The notes: generated from the sequence alone by a model not told the origin. A stretch of DNA of 64,000 nt from Phoronis australis (GCA_002633005.1 NMRA01000280.1:16080-80079); one strand, 5' to 3'. Counted from the stretch's first letter, positions 47,873 to 63,100 are shown. Numbers and translations: made by a program.

Positions 47873-48619
47873 GGTAAAGGCTGCTTTTAAACGGCTGTCT
47901 GCAGGGAGTTCTGCTTTTTGAGGACCTTTTTGCCAGTGTGTACCCACATACATACATACGTACGCTCCTACATACCTACGTATACATACGTACCAAATTA
48001 CGTACATGTATACTTACAATGTATATGGCTGTACTTCGGGAGCAAGTTTTGGATATACAGAATTGATTAAACGACCCACGTCGGTTATCTATGCATCTTC
48101 AAAATGGCGCCATCCAAGATCATTTTCTACAATGTCACGAACGTAAAATCACCCGTCAAGAAATTGGGGAAAAGACGTCAATTCGGTTCGTGAAGCACGA
48201 TGTGCTGCGATTGAAAGTATTAGAGTACCTTTTAACTACTTTTGAGAAGCCTGTGTTGAACGAGCAGCAAACAGGGTTGCGCCGCACATTACACTTGTTT
48301 GCGTGACTTTCCTGTTACCCCCCTTCATTAGTCATTCTTTGCAGTATTTCACACCTGCCGTGTCCCACTGTGGGTGTCGTCAGCTTATACTCTGTGGTGG
48401 CACTACTGCGTCATTTTATCTTCACTTGAGAATGAAACAATATGTTTCGAAATATCGTGTGCCTTCAATTATGTCGCTGGGTCAATTACTTTATCTAATA
48501 TGTTCAGTTGAGAGTAGAGTTTTGTTCCAAAGGTATGAACGTAACGGAATAAAGACTGTCAACAATGAAAAGTGTCATGCGTCTGTATACAATGTTTATG
48601 TATATGTATGTATATATAT

Positions 48620-49695
48620 AGGCGCATTATGCTGTCAGGCATCTGTCTGTTGCTGTATCTTCTTGATGTTTGTGAAATTCTTATGGTGTTTGGGATGGCA
48701 CGAGTGAATTTTAGGATAGATTCAACTACCGCTCTGCCCGCCTAGTGATTATTTCACGTATGTCATGGGCAGCAATTCTCAGAGTTCCTTGATGGATTTT
48801 TATGAAATGTGGCAAATAAGCTTCTACTATGGGGACAACAACAGCTTCCCCATTTCTTCAATGTTCTACTTAATCTGTGCTTCTTTATAATTTCCATGTC
48901 TGTTTTTGGCATCAGCCTCTCTTTGTTCCTATTGAGATATGCATGGCTGATTTTTATTTCCGGCTAGGTTGAATTACTCTAAGGAACCCTGGTGACAATT
49001 ATGCTTTTCTTTTCGTATGCTTCTATCTTTAGGTTCCGTGATGGATTTTCATGAAATTTGCCTAATTATGTTTCTGTTAAGAAGACCAAATAAATTTCAT
49101 TTTCATTACATATTCTATACACCCTAGTGACCATTTTTATTATTTTTGCCTCTGCTTTTGGCGTCTGATTTTGGCGTCTGCCTCTCTATTTGCCAAACTA
49201 GTTAAATGATCGTTATGAACTTTTATAGATGTTGGATTGGTACAACTTTTGCGGCACCACCAAGTAGCGGCTTTGTTTTTCGTGTGCTTCAATATCTACA
49301 ATTTCCTCGGTAGATCTTCATGAATTTTCATTGGTATGTGTAACATAATATATACACACGTGTATGTATGCAAATATGTATAGATATACAGGAATGTTGC
49401 AGTTAAGGAGAGAATGTTTCATGATGATTTTGGGACAAGTTGGACTACTGTTGCATCCTCTAGAAGTAACTTAGGTCTTCTTTGCTTATGTCGCTGTATC
49501 TACGAAGTTTCTGGATGGAAGTTTAGGAAATTTGGCAAATAAGTTTCGATGAAAGAGACGACAGCACTTGCTTTGCTTCAGATGGATTTGACTTGTGCTG
49601 CTCCCCATGGTAACCTTTTTCTTTTATATATTACGTTATACTAATACATTTCCTGGCAGCATACTGTTTGTGGTGCAGTCTTGCTTGTTCTTGTT
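48620..49695 (+). repeat. Diverged HINE-family fragment (related pieces at about 17200-18425 and 25660-26130)
   Basis: Recurrent ATTTTCATGAAATTTG and CCTAGTG motifs shared with 44883-46621. Confidence 0.45.
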
Positions 49696-51158
49696 TAATT
49701 TGACGATAATTTACCTTTTTAAATTAGGCTATCAGATAAATCATTAGAGGGTGGTGAAAAGAGTGTGTATACTTTGTATGGTTCTGAGAAGTATGTTATG
49801 AAGTCATTAATCAATGCATGTCAAGTTAGAAGTTGATTCTGATTTACTCATTACTCAAGAAGTTGCTCATTTCTTCCGTTAGGTGTGTTTTGTTAGATGT
49901 AAAAGAATAATGCATGTATAATATGTTAATGACCAGTTTTTCTCACAGTGCATTGATGTAGGGATTGCACAGATACTCGTGGATTTAGGGGGGTTCGTGT
50001 CCCCCACTTAACTCACCATATTAGCACTTCAGTTGTGCAAGAAATAGATGTTCTAAATAAATATTCAAAACGCTGTTTCAGTTTTCTAAATTATTGTTTC
50101 ATTTTCGTTTTATGCAATTTTAAAATATTTCCATAGATATCATATAAGTCCTATTTGGGTAGCAAAAGTGGAACATTTTAAAAAACAATTTCGAATAGCA
50201 TTTTGGAGAACAGTGTGTAAAACATAGCATCTGAAAGGTTCATGCGAGTCCTGTCAGCCATTTCTAAGATACGAAGTTGGACAACATTGGACATTTTTCT
50301 AAGGTCTTACATAACCTGAAGCTTTTCTATGCACCCCAGTTGTAATATATATGACTTTTTACCTCAAACAAGCATGCTGGGGCAACTGTCTACTGTCTCC
50401 AGTTAGCTGGATATGATATGCACCGTACACAAAGTTGTTTACAACACGGTGCATAGACAGGGGATTAGGCAATCTGAGAATAAGGCCAAAAAAGCATTAG
50501 TCGTTTCTGGCCTGGGGTTGTTTTGGAAATTGATATGGTAGTGAAGTATGTGTTAAGTTTACCACTTTCTAAAAATATTACCTGAAGCAGGCCCGTAGCG
50601 AGGGGAGATTCGGGGGTTCCATGGAACTCCCCTCCTGTGGAAAAGGTCCAGCCCCAGCCTATAAGTTAAAGATAGGATATAGATCGAGGACAACAACAAC
50701 AACATGGTTGCACCTACTGGTACTACTAACTACAATGATAATTAATAGTAGTAATTTTAAATTTGCTTCTGATTCAAAGCATTTCACGTAGGCCCTAATC
50801 ATCGGACCTAACGCGGCTTCAACTTCGGTCAATGATGAAAGAATTCTCTTGTGAATCAGTGCCAATGGTACACAGACTTCGATACGAGCAACAAACTTTA
50901 TTGAAAATATGTTCAAAGTTACATGTCACTATTCCGGAGCTTCATTACTCAGAAAGTCTACTACTCCGAAGGTTCGCAATTCTGAAACCAGAACTCCGAC
51001 AGTTCATTACTCTGATTGTCTGCTAATCTCGCAGCAGTTGACCACCAGATGTGCAAAATACACGTATGAGCAACCACTGGGGATTAAAAAGTGTCTAGAG
51101 AGAAGTTTTCAATTCAAAGTTTTTTGCAAAGTACACTTTAGGTCTCGCAACGGACCAG

Positions 51159-51559
51159 GGCCCGGTCTCTAATCTTTGTACTCGAAACGAACTGGAAATT
51201 ATTTTTGGCAATTTCTCTGCTCCTTTTGTGCGAACTCAAGATAAGTGGTTATCAGATTGTGCTCGAATAATTATAGTTCATGCACATGAGTTTCTAGTCC
51301 AAGTTTGCACTTAAAAACCCTTATATGCGTACTACAAACTCGAGTAAAAACTCGAAACTTCGAGTTTAAACTCAAACTTTTAGCTTTAATGTTGGTTTTG
51401 TCAACTGCAAAATATGACTAATCAATCATCCACGTAAGGCATTATGTATTCGAGCATTGAGTAATGGACACTTATCTTGAGTTCGCACAAAAGTAGATTA
51501 AAAAAATGCCAAACTTTATTTCGAGTTCCCTTTCGAGTAAAAAGATTCGAGACTGGGCC
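51159..51559. mobile_element. PIF/Harbinger-like MITE, 401 bp
   Basis: 3-bp TSD CAG on both sides; about 40-bp imperfect TIR GGCCCGGTCTCTAATCTTTGTACTCGAAA / TTTCGAGTAAAAAGATTCGAGACTGGGCC. Confidence 0.75.
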
Positions 51560-52577
51560 CAGGCCAGTTTGATTTGTATTGAGTTTCAGTATACATGTAC
51601 ATCTGGTCCCTCTGCGAATTGCTCCTGTATATCTTTTCACCACGGTGTACAGAATGTTTCGGTTTTGTGAAACTGTTTTCAGAAAATTTGTTTCCTGATA
51701 CATTTGACGTTTTTCAATTGTTGTCAACGTGATTCAGCTTAATAAAGTGATACTTAATTGTTTATTGTCGCTTTTAATAATAGACTATGAGCTGAGAGCA
51801 CCATCGTTCGCCAGTTTTTCTCGTAACGAGACAGAACACATGTTTATTTCCGGACTAACAGTTCAGGTCTTCGTTTTTAAACAGCTTGAGGCTGTTGCGA
51901 TCATCTGATATTCAACTTTTTACGTCCCGTCGGTGCTCCTTATGCTCTTGAATATTTGGTAGTCGTCTAAACACACCACACCTTTTTGTATGTTAAAAAA
52001 GTAGTGTGTAAGCAGATGTTCCAACAAACATTTTTGCTGGTGGTGTGACTCATACCCAGATGTGCACAAATATGTTTTCACGAAACTTATGAGCCAAGTT
52101 CATGTGACGAAATCGAGAAGGGTTTTAATTATCTTAAGAAAAACTCCAGAGACATGTTAAGTGCCAGAAACTTACCAGGATGCATGGAAATTTCACTTTT
52201 TGGCTACAAAAACAAGAATTGTCTTACACGGGGGAAACCCCCCCTCCCGACCTCCCCCCCGCTCGGCGCCTCGGATTCGACCTTTGCGGGAATCCTGACC
52301 ACCCCCCCCCCTTACTTAGATCCGCCTCTGAGGGTAAGCAAGAAACGCACTGTGGAATAATTGTTCTGACAGCCATGAGCATCTGCCTCTGATGGCCGGG
52401 AGCATTCTGTAATACACCTAGCTGTTCAAAGGTTATGTGCTTGAGGAATGGCAACCGTCGTCGTAGCCCAGTCAATGACTCCTGCAACTGATTGAGCAAA
52501 GGCGTTTGTAAGTCAGACAGCTTGTTGTTGGGTATGTCTGTCCATAACACTGGGAATACCTGTGAGGTATTGGAGGG

Positions 52578-54650
52578 CTACTTCAGAGGTAGATTTGGCT
52601 CGTCCTGGGTGAAATCTCTCAAATCTGTTGACTCGTTGGTAGAGAATAATTGACAACTGGTTGAAGCATTATCTGACCGGGTTAAGCAGAGCAAGAAAAG
52701 TAGTTTTTCAGAAATTAGAGGTTGTGCGTAATCGAACCCACAAGTCTGCAGCAGCAGCCAGGTGCTGAGCTGTTGAAGTAAATCCCACTCTGATAATGGA
52801 AGTCTATCTTCAGACACTGACAATGAGAATTTTTGATTTCTAGTGAAATCACAGTTTTTTTTTGTTTCACAGCTCTGGTCAAAGCTAACAAGTTCTCCCC
52901 CATGCAACAATTTATCTCCAAAATGTGTTTTTGATTGTAAAACTGATAATGCCCTTTTGAAAAGCTAATTTTGCTCTCTGAACAGTTGGATATCTTGTAA
53001 TTTTGTGAATATTTTATTTCATATTGTTAGAACTCGGAGTCTTTTTCTCTGATTTTCCAACTTTTAAACTATTTTGAGAGAAACTAATGCTGTTATTGAC
53101 AACATTGTTTTATTTTGATCAAAAGAAGCAAAGCAATCTTGTACGCAACGGTAATTCCTCGTTTTTTTTGCAAAATAATCCAAAAATGTGATTTTTCAAT
53201 TTTTATGGCTTATTACCTTGCTGACCGTTGTGGAAACTTGACCAGATGTTGTTTTATGATATCCACACAGTACAAACCATGCCAGTAGTGGTCTAAAATA
53301 TTCTTAATCTTTATTTTTGTGGATAAATTTGACAAAATGGAATTTCACTTGTCGGCCATATTGTGTGCTAAATAAGTGAAGAGTCACTGCTGAAAGTATG
53401 CGGTTAGTCAGACGGGAAGTTGCAAATTGTTGGGGGAAGTGGATTGCATACAAGCGGTGTGATGACAAACTACTATCTCTGTTTGATAATGATACCTTGA
53501 AAACATCGCCAGCTCAAAAGAACTTGTACAGTTCGTGTCCGGCGGACTGCCGGTGTAGCATAAATAATGACCCCGTGAAAGAAATGACACAATAATGAAA
53601 AATGACCTCGGGTGGTTATTTCAACCCCAGAAAAAATGACCCCACGTCCGTGAAAACATGTCCTGTCGTTATTTAATGACAGTTACCCTCAACTGCGACG
53701 CCGCAGTTGCTCGTGAGAGGTTGATAATCTTGCAGGTTTGAGTTATGATAAGGCCGTTTTGTAGCGGGTGTCATATGCAATTGGCTACAACTTTACACCC
53801 AGACACTAATAAAATTTACCCTAACCCGCAAAAATTCGGAAAATTTTCAACCCGAAATTTATTTTTGTGTAAACGAACCGTGAAGTGTTGTAAGAGTAGT
53901 TGATAAACTCAACTCTGATTATTCAATTTACTTAGTGGTATGTCAAATTTAGGATGTTCGCCACCATCATTGGCACATAAAATTTTTTGTTAACTTAATT
54001 TACGTTTGTTATGACCAAATGTTTCAAAATCATGATGTGACTAAAATAACTTGACATGCAAAAATAGTTTTGAATGTGGGAAGGTGCTCGTTTTTCCGTT
54101 CCCAATTTTACACGATTGCACCAGACGTATGGAGTTTTGTCGATTGTTTTCACAGCTAAATTCACTGCCCCAGACTTTGTCCATTCTAAATCTCACTATT
54201 TTTTTTTTAGTTGAGTTGGTGTTTTTGACCATGCTCATTCGACTCAAGGTTCGTCTACTTTCGTTTGACTACACCACTTAGTTGTTTAAATTTTAAATCC
54301 TACTTGCAAACTGCTCACTGTTTTCAGATATAGTGAATTCAAATAAGAAGAAAACGATAAATAATCCGTATTAATTGTTTTTATTTTTTAGTATTTCAAA
54401 AACCTAGTGGCTTTGTAACACTGCTGACACGCTGAAAATAAATGTAACCTATCTCACTCTTCTCCCCATGGGTGACACATGCAGTTGATTGTGTTTCACT
54501 GGAAGACATGTCGGATGATTTGTGCAAATGAGAACATGTTGGATACTGAAATATACGTGGTTTGTCGAATGGAACATTACGGTAAAGAGGGTGAAGAACA
54601 TAGACATGATCAATCGCATTCAGGGGAATGTATTTCGACTGATCCGCCAT
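52578..54650 (-). CDS. Candidate orphan two-exon gene (exons 54650-54458 and 52816-52578), unknown product
   Basis: AAGATGGCG start context; donor A|GTGAGA (phase 1) fits acceptor ttgtcag|TG; the frame stays open for about 80 more codons past the TAG. No recognisable domain. Confidence 0.3.
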
Positions 54651-54687
54651 CTTTACCAACTACTGCAATGTAATATGTACAAATGTA

Positions 54688-55249
54688 TGATGGGCCGTTG
54701 GGAGGAAAGTGTCGCCGGAAAAATACGAGCGTAACTGTGTACATTACACTGTTATTTACGCCGCTAATTACGCCGTAAAATTAAGAGCGTAATTTAATTC
54801 TTTACGGCATAAAATTACGCTCATAATCCAAGATCGCGCGCGCTCATGGAAATACTTATTTACTGGCGGGTTTCATGTCTACGATACGAGCGCTGAATCA
54901 TGGTGGATCAAATCGCTGCTGCCATGTCAGCGATTGTGCAAAAACGAGCTGCCCAGCAACAGTCGTGTATGTTAGCTCATCACTGATTGGTTTAAATTTG
55001 GAACGTTCTTAAGGTATTTTACGAGCGTAATTTACGGTGGCATTTATCCCATTTAATTTACGGACGTAATTTTACCGCAACACTTTTGCAATTTAACTTA
55101 CGCTCGTAGTTACGAGCGTAATTTTACGGCGAAACTTTACCCTATTTAATTTATGAGCGTAATTGTACGGCGACACTCCTGCAATTTAATTTACGCTCGT
55201 AATTACGAGCGTAATTTTACGGCGACACTTTCTCCTCAACGGCCCACCA
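54688..55249. mobile_element. MITE with internal TTACGAGCGTAATT repeats, about 560 bp
   Basis: TA|TGATGGGCCGTTG...AAAGTGTCGCCG and CGGCGACACTTT...CAACGGCCCACCA|TA. Confidence 0.7.
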
Positions 55250-58243
55250 TACAAAGGAGCTTAGCTCCCGAGTACAAATAAACAATATCTCACTCCCTCC
55301 CTCCCTCCCTCGCTCCCTCTCTTTCCGCTATCAGAAATGCTTGTCGTGCTGTCGGCCTCTGCCAGCAAACACATTTTTGTCTCCTTGTTATTCAGATCAT
55401 GTGGCCCATTTCTCATGCAGTTTGTAAACCTGGTTATCACGTCCTCGTGATGAAAATATCTGCCTAGTTACCAGGTAGTCCCACTCGTATAAATTTACGT
55501 TTCTAAAACTGAATTATTGCCTTTTTGCCACAGTTCAGAAGTGAAATTGGTTACAATGATTCACCTAGACAAATTTGTCGGTATCCGAACTCTCACGTCT
55601 GAAATGTTGACGCCAACCTGCAATTCAACGAGCCTGATATGAAGCAGTAACAAACCAGGGTGGCTCGGGGGCTCAAACGAGCCCCCCCCNCCCCCCCCCC
55701 CCCCATTTGGCAAAGTGGGCAAAAAGGTCTACTTCAGAGAAACAAAAATTCTGGGAAAAAGACAAAAGTCCACAGGATTTCGGCCCAAATGCGCAATTCA
55801 TGGGTCTGAACTTAGCACCCCGTTTTTTGTTGGTTTTTTGTCCCCGTTTTCTTTTTTCAGTGAAAGGTCCACATACGGAAAACTTCGAGCCCCCTTATAT
55901 TTTAGGCTGGGTGCGCGCATGCAAACAGTCAATAATTCCTGAGCTCAGAGATCCAGAAAGGGACAAGATGATACCATTTCTAATAGTTAGCAGCCAAAAT
56001 TAGAAATAAGCAAGATTTTTTGACTGCAAGCATGGGTTTAACTGCCACTTCAAATACGACCAATAATGCTGTTCAAATATTATTATGTACTAAACTTCAA
56101 CATTTTTGACATCAAGGTGTTATTGTTGAATGTGCAAAAAACAATATCTATACTGTGTGTAGAACAAATGCCATAGTGGTGAATGTAATGACTATATACC
56201 CCTTCCCCTAACCATGTCTTATTGACTTCCCCAACTCAAGGGATTATGCAGAATTGACAAAATGACTCGACACATTAAGAAATCAATATTTATATTATCT
56301 CAAACTTCCAGCATAGATTGACATTAACAAAACAAACATTGGTCTTGACAACCCCTGTCTACTAACTACCCAATAATTGTACTAAGGTTGAATACCATCC
56401 ATACCAAAGCAGTTTGTATGGGGTTTCTTCAATTTTCAGGCTTGCCTATCAACAAACTGTTGGCATTGGTGATTCAAAACTCTATGGGAGTCTTAACATA
56501 CTTGTTCCGTTGATCATTTTGGCACAGCAATTAATAAACAATTACATAGTCTAAGTCAAGTCTCATTTAACCACTCTCCTTTGCTTTGTGTCCGTTCTGG
56601 ACTAGTGTTTCCATACTAACTACAGTCTACAGGTAATCTCTTATCAAATTAATTTGTATATAATCATGGACTGTCATTCTGAGATTTTTAATTAGGGTTC
56701 AATTAGACAATTTTAAACTAATTCGTTAACTGCCCTACTTAGGATATTTCCATTTTTGAAGTGGTGAAGCAAATAGCAACAAAAAAGCATTAAATATTTA
56801 AACACCTCTTTATGTACCATGCCATCATTCTAAAAAGCCAACTGAGCTTTTAAACATACACAGTTGACTTTACTGACAAAGCAGGCAATGATGAGATATG
56901 TGTGTGTTTGACATGGTTGCTATCAAACTGTTTGCATAGATTGTATACTCACACTCACTTCATAGTTGTGGGCAGTACTAAGTAAAAGCATTTGAACAAT
57001 GCTGTAGTGGATTTTCAGTAGCCTGAGTACCAGTCATTACCAACAGTTGAATGGGAAAATCATACATAAATGGATGATATGACAAGGGGTTGTTCACTGT
57101 GGGGTATACTGTGGCAAAGGGTTGCAGACTGAGTAGTCTCCACTGAGTTGCCAATCTTTGCTTTAGTTTGAACAGACTAGCTGCTGTGACACTGACAGTA
57201 ATGGAGTTTGATGAAAAAGAAAATTAATTTATTTACTTCTTCACAACTTCCAATTTATAATGTGTGTGCTTTTATTATAAAAACTATCACCTTCTGAATC
57301 AAAGACATTACTGAAAACATTAAAAGTAATATCTGCTAGATTAAAAGGCACATAGCTAAAGAGGACTGGTACAAAAATATTTCAAGTCTGAAAAATCTGA
57401 CTGTCACTATGGTTACTTGTCTTATTTTTGCTTTAAAAACTACACATATCACTTGCTCATTGTGGCCATAGTATCATGACTGTCTGAATTCAGACTATGG
57501 CTATAGTTTGCACTTAGCACAGAGATGGCCAGTTGCCTTCATTTTTCTTCTTAAAACTTGCACATTTGACATGCAAAACTTTTAACAATGGCATTGAGGT
57601 TATGTATGACCACATCAATGAGTCTTGTTAGCGTACTGAGCCAAATATCTACAAAACTATAGATTTTTTAAAATCTAGAGTTAAAACTCTTTAATGCAAA
57701 AGTAGAAAGCCTGTAAATTTTGAATTTTGACCAATCTGCCATTGATTCACACTTGAGCATGTGTTCGTAGTAAAATTTAGGAAAAAGAAAGGTACATTCA
57801 CAACAAAAGACATCAACAACACCACCAAACTTTGATGCAAATAATGAACTGAAATTAAAAAATGGTCCAACAGTTTTCTAAATGATCATTTCCTTTTTAT
57901 GCAAGTTTTTATTTTTTTCTAAAAATCATAGAAGTGCAAATTTTTGTTATCCCCTCGTGCAAAAATGAAACATTTTAAATAGAAACAATTCCTAGCAGTC
58001 TGGAGAACACTGACATAACTCATAGCTTGTCAAACATTGATAAGAAGCTCATCATCCCATTTCAGTGTGACAATATGTACCGAACTTCGCCAAATTTGGG
58101 TATTTTTCTAAGGTCTTACATATCAACCTTAATGTCAAGTCACGCACATGGTGTAATTTTGCAAGGTTTCAACATTACAAATGTGGTTACACTGATAGTG
58201 TCCCAGGGGTCACTCATATTAAAAAGGTTCCCTCAGGCGTGTA

Positions 58244-58467
58244 CCAAAAATTGCAGCTAGGCGGTACTTTTTCAGAAAGATTTGTGGGATCCTGCACGGG
58301 GTCTAATAGGCCCCTAAATTCCATTCCATCCCTGCTAAAGGCCCACTGCATTGGCCTTAACCCTGTAAAAGGCCCACTGGTCGTCTTCCTGCAGAAAAAT
58401 CTACCTCGCAAAAAGGGTTACCAGCAGACCTGGCACCCACTATAGGAGGTCTCTAGACAATTTTTGG
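58244..58467. mobile_element. Small MITE-like element
   Basis: GTGTA|CCAAAAATTG ... CAATTTTTGG|TACAC inverted ends. Confidence 0.5.
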
Positions 58468-59911
58468 TACACACAAGTGCAGGCACCTTGTCAATATGAG
58501 TGAACCTCACCAGGAATTAGCCAGAACAATAATAACACCAGGAGCCAAGCTGAATTCCATGAGAGACGGATGCAACGTCACTAACTCAAGTAAGCAAATT
58601 CCGGTATTTGATTCAATTTTTCTGTACTTAGTGGATGTGTCAGAACTTTCATGCTTGTATCCTCCTGAAGGAACAATCCATTGTCGGCCAGGGTGCTATT
58701 GCACACAATGCAACATGACTGACTTACGGCGGCAACACTGGTTTCGACAGGCAGATATTTCTGACTTTATTCATAAAAAACTTTCAGTAATAAATTCTGA
58801 AAGCTCTAAAGCATAATTTAACTATTAATTAATTGAGCAAATATTTTTTAAGTTTAATTCTGATTTCTACACAAGCATAACATCTTATTGCCACTGTTGA
58901 AGCTTTGACACGAAAATAACAAATAAATAGTTCACTCTATAAAACAATGTCTCACTCAATATTTTACTCAGTAATATCAAAAGGACACTTAACTCTGCTA
59001 TGGGATTTTGCTCCAAACTCATTCTGACACGTGCTTAATTGTACAAACGGTAGATGAGAGATGACCGTATTGTTGACCTAAAGAAATGTTTTCACTGTGT
59101 CGCAAAATGGCTCCTTTTTGTTCAGGATGGGTGGTCTTTTGACCCACAGATACTGATTAATTGATCAAGCCAAAATGTCATGCTCGTCTACGGGGCAGAC
59201 TTTAAAAACTTTTCAAACTTGTTCCAAAACTTCAGAATTGGTGAGAGCCATTCAACAGCGTTTTGATTCAAAGATTTTAATAATTTAGTTGCTCTTGATA
59301 TCAGCTCATAGAAAAAAATGGGGTTTAGCATACTTTTAAACTGTTTGGATAAAATTGACGGTTGTTACTGATCGTCTGGTCTGGTATTATTACGAATGAT
59401 GTTGAAGGTATTTTGGATATATTGTTTTCTACACCTTAATATGTGTTGGTATAATTAATCACCTTCGTGCACAATAACTTGATATATCAACAAAAAATAA
59501 TTTGGGTAACATAATTCTCATGGCTGGCAGAGCACTGAAGTAAGTGGGGTCTATAATCCCTCCCAGCCCGCTATGGTGTGCTGCTCAGGGGCGGCAGAGC
59601 ACTAAATTATGTGCCCCAGCCCCCTATGGTGTGCCGCCCATGATTCTAACATTGAGTATGATGACTACTATTTCAAACCACCACCAATTTGCCAAAACTA
59701 TAAGCAACTGTGCTGTTTAATTTGAAGACGGAATTGTGAGATTACCTCAGCTGCCATTACAGATCTCATTGAGGTGTTTATCCTAATCAAATTGAGTAAC
59801 TCCATAATTTAATCTCAAAATTTTTTCCACCATTCACCTAAAAACGATCAGACCGGCAAAGACATGTTTAATTCTCCACACAAATTCCACATATTGCAGT
59901 CGACTCTTTGA

Positions 59912-60110
59912 CTAGTTTGTAGCAGGGTTAACCGGTTCTTTGCTCACAAATGGCTTTAATGGCGGGGAGGCACGCCACTGTTCAAGACTGCGAACACAGT
60001 CAATCTCATCTTGTAATTGTCTATTTTTTTCCTTCACCACATAGTTGTCAGAGATGGGTGGGAGATCTTGGAGTGGCACAAAGGTGTCTGCCCTTTTTAT
60101 ATTTCCACCT
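59912..60110 (-). CDS. SPATS1: SPATS1-like terminal coding exon
   Basis: ttgcag| phase 2; GGNIKRADTFVPLQDLPP...PVNPATN*. Confidence 0.8.
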
Positions 60111-63100
60111 CTGCAAATGAAAATGCTAATTTATGCCGCTGATTAAACGAAAGCATTTTGTTTTACAAATGTCTTTGAAACTTTGGTTTGTGTTACAAGA
60201 TACACAAGCTTCAGAGCTCACTTCAAGCTATACAATGAAACCATGTGACTAGACATGTAAATGTGCAAATTTCCTTTACTCAGTATTATTGAAGCACTGA
60301 AATTTCTACCCATTTGCCTAAAGACATTTGAAATGTGAAAAACACAACTTGAAGTGTTTTATGAAACTAAGACATGCACAAATATCTTACAAACTTATTG
60401 CTTTGACATTTTACCACCGCGTCTAAAATGAAAATAAATTTGAATACCATCCAACAGTGTAGATCGACTTAATTAAGTAAATAATTTCCAGGTGTTCCTT
60501 TTAAGCAAATTTTAAAAGTATTCTCCTTGCAAACCTTGCGGGTCTACAACACGGCAGAAAAAATAAAAATAAATAAACAAACATCCAGTTGATGCTTGGA
60601 TTGCCAGCATAAAATGGAATTGGAAAGCCCAGTGACAACCATACTAATGATGTTTCACTTACCCAAAGTTTGGAAGGGGTCGTGTGGATCCCTCCTTGTG
60701 AAAGCCTGGAGAGTATTCGACTGCCTGATAGGACTTATCTCCCTCTGAAGCGGCAGGGATGCCATTGCGTTTACTTATGTAGAATTCTAAAAAAAGATAA
60801 AGATAATATGCTTATCTCAGTGTAATTTTTCTAAGTAAATGCCCTCAAATATTCAAACGGTATGCAAATTCTTTCATTGTAAGGAAATTTCTTTCACACA
60901 AAGGTTTATGTCAAGATGCTTGTCACAAGTACCGGTAAACCAAATCTGAGTAGGCCTGCTCACTCAAGTGACCAGGGGCAACAACTGATGTTTCTCATCA
61001 TAAACTGAATGTGCAGCCAATCCCAGGGGTACTCCCGTAGAAAATGTAGCCAAGACATGTGCCACTCATTGGCAACTTTCACACTCTATCGATTTGCCTT
61101 CTTTGACAACATTCTCTCCAAAAGGGTGCTTTGGCTATAAAATTCCCTACAAAAAGGTTCACTTTGTCAGAGAGTTTGTAACTCTACAAAAGCTTTGCAG
61201 AGCTTTATGAGTGAAAAATTGAACTGTTCAAAAGTCCCTCAAGTTCATGGAATTGACCCCCACAAAAGAGTGTTGTTTCACAACACTACTAGAATCTAAA
61301 TGGTGGATTTCCTAATTTTCCACCTGCACACGCATCAAAAATAGTGGAGTACCCCCCCCCCCCCNGTCCCCCCCCCCCCCCCGTCCCACACCAACCCTGG
61401 AAAATAACTGGTGCTCACAGCCTTGAGCATACACAAACAATAATCAAATATCCTGATCTCGGTGATCCTCAACCCTTTCATAGCTCAACACCTTGAGCAG
61501 TAAGCTATCAAAATCCTCTGAATGCAAAAATGACCATAAAGCCTAGCTTACCTAGAGCACAATTCGCTTAACAAAACTGCTATTCAAAACCAACCAGTTG
61601 TGACCAATTCAAAACATCACTGAATGTGACAAGTATTGGTATATTATGCCATTTTCTAGACACTTTGTATTGTGTAAAGGAATTGCTCTAAAGTTCCCAC
61701 AACAGGCAAATGCAATTTATTACGGTACAGCTAGCTAACCAGTACAAGGAGTAGAGGGATTGACCCCTTTTCCTTCACTGGTTACATTTTAGATGATAGT
61801 CAAAGCAAAACCATCTTTCTCTTTGGCAAACTTAGTGGAACTAAATGAGATATGTTTAAAAGGCCTTAATGTAGAGTTTTAAAGAGATGTTCTAAGCAAG
61901 AAAAGCAATTTTCTGAAATCAGGAATAGCATGGAATGGAACTTGCGGTCTTTGCAGTAGGCCTAGCAGCCAAACGCTCTACCGTTGAGCCAAATTGTACA
62001 AGCTAAGCTAAATAGCACACCATTTTCAGATCATGTAAATTTTAACAACTCCGGTCATAGATTCAGCAACCGTCTGGCAGACAATGGCAAGAATTGCCAA
62101 CTAGCAATAAAATCACAAAAACAAGAGATTTTGTTGTTTTACATCTCTGGTCAAAGCTTAGCTTTGAGAAGCCTATTCTCATTCAACAATAATTCCACAA
62201 TTGCAATTTTTGACTGCAAAAGCGATATGTCCCTTTCATAGAGTATAAAATGCAACTTCAGAGAATACATTTGGGCAACAGCCATACTAGGACTTCAGGT
62301 TCTTTTCCATTCAAATCGTCATATTTTAACCTTACCAAACCGGCCTTTCCCAAATAGCATGGAGTGGGTCAGCTCTTGCTGGGATGTAGAACTGGCCAGA
62401 TGATATCCGTCAAAATAACACCTCTTTCCAACCTTGTAACCCTTATCATAGAATGTCCACTCTCTTCCAGATGGCCTTTGACTATCTGTGGATGCAACAA
62501 ATGTTAAGGTTATGTAAGGACCTTAAAAAATGTCCAAATTCATTCGCTAACTTTGGATCACATTTCAGAAATGCCGGGCTGATGGGATTCATACGAAACT
62601 CTCAGGTACTGTGCCTTGTGAAGTGCCCTACAAAACTCTGTTAGAAATTGTTTTTGAAATGTTGCACTAGATTAGCAGACCCATCATAACAACACCGGGG
62701 CAACACCAGAATTTTTTAACTTTTCATATTGAGAGCTTAGAATAGCGTTACACACCCACGCTGTGGATACTATCCCGATTTCAATGATCCGCTAGTCAGG
62801 ACCAAGAAGTGTCGTTATCAGTTCAACAGGGATAGCATTGGGAGAAAGTTGACAAACCAATCATTTTACATAGTCCAGCTCTCTCATTGCCTGCGTTTAT
62901 CTCATGAGTGAGCTCACATAATCCAGCAATTATGTTGTAAACAGCAGCCTAACTTGAAAATACTATTTCCAAACCATGTTGAACAAATATCGTGACAAAG
63001 ATGTGTCTTGTATGACATACTATAACTAAAACAACTTTGAACAGGGAATTAAATGGTTGAGTTTCAGAGAAATTATAGTTAACTTTCACCTACTGATTCT

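Noticed and set aside
55683-55704. Poly-C tracts containing N (also about 61352-61382) as G-quadruplex elements
   Set aside because: Homopolymers within short repeats at assembly joins; their lengths are unreliable
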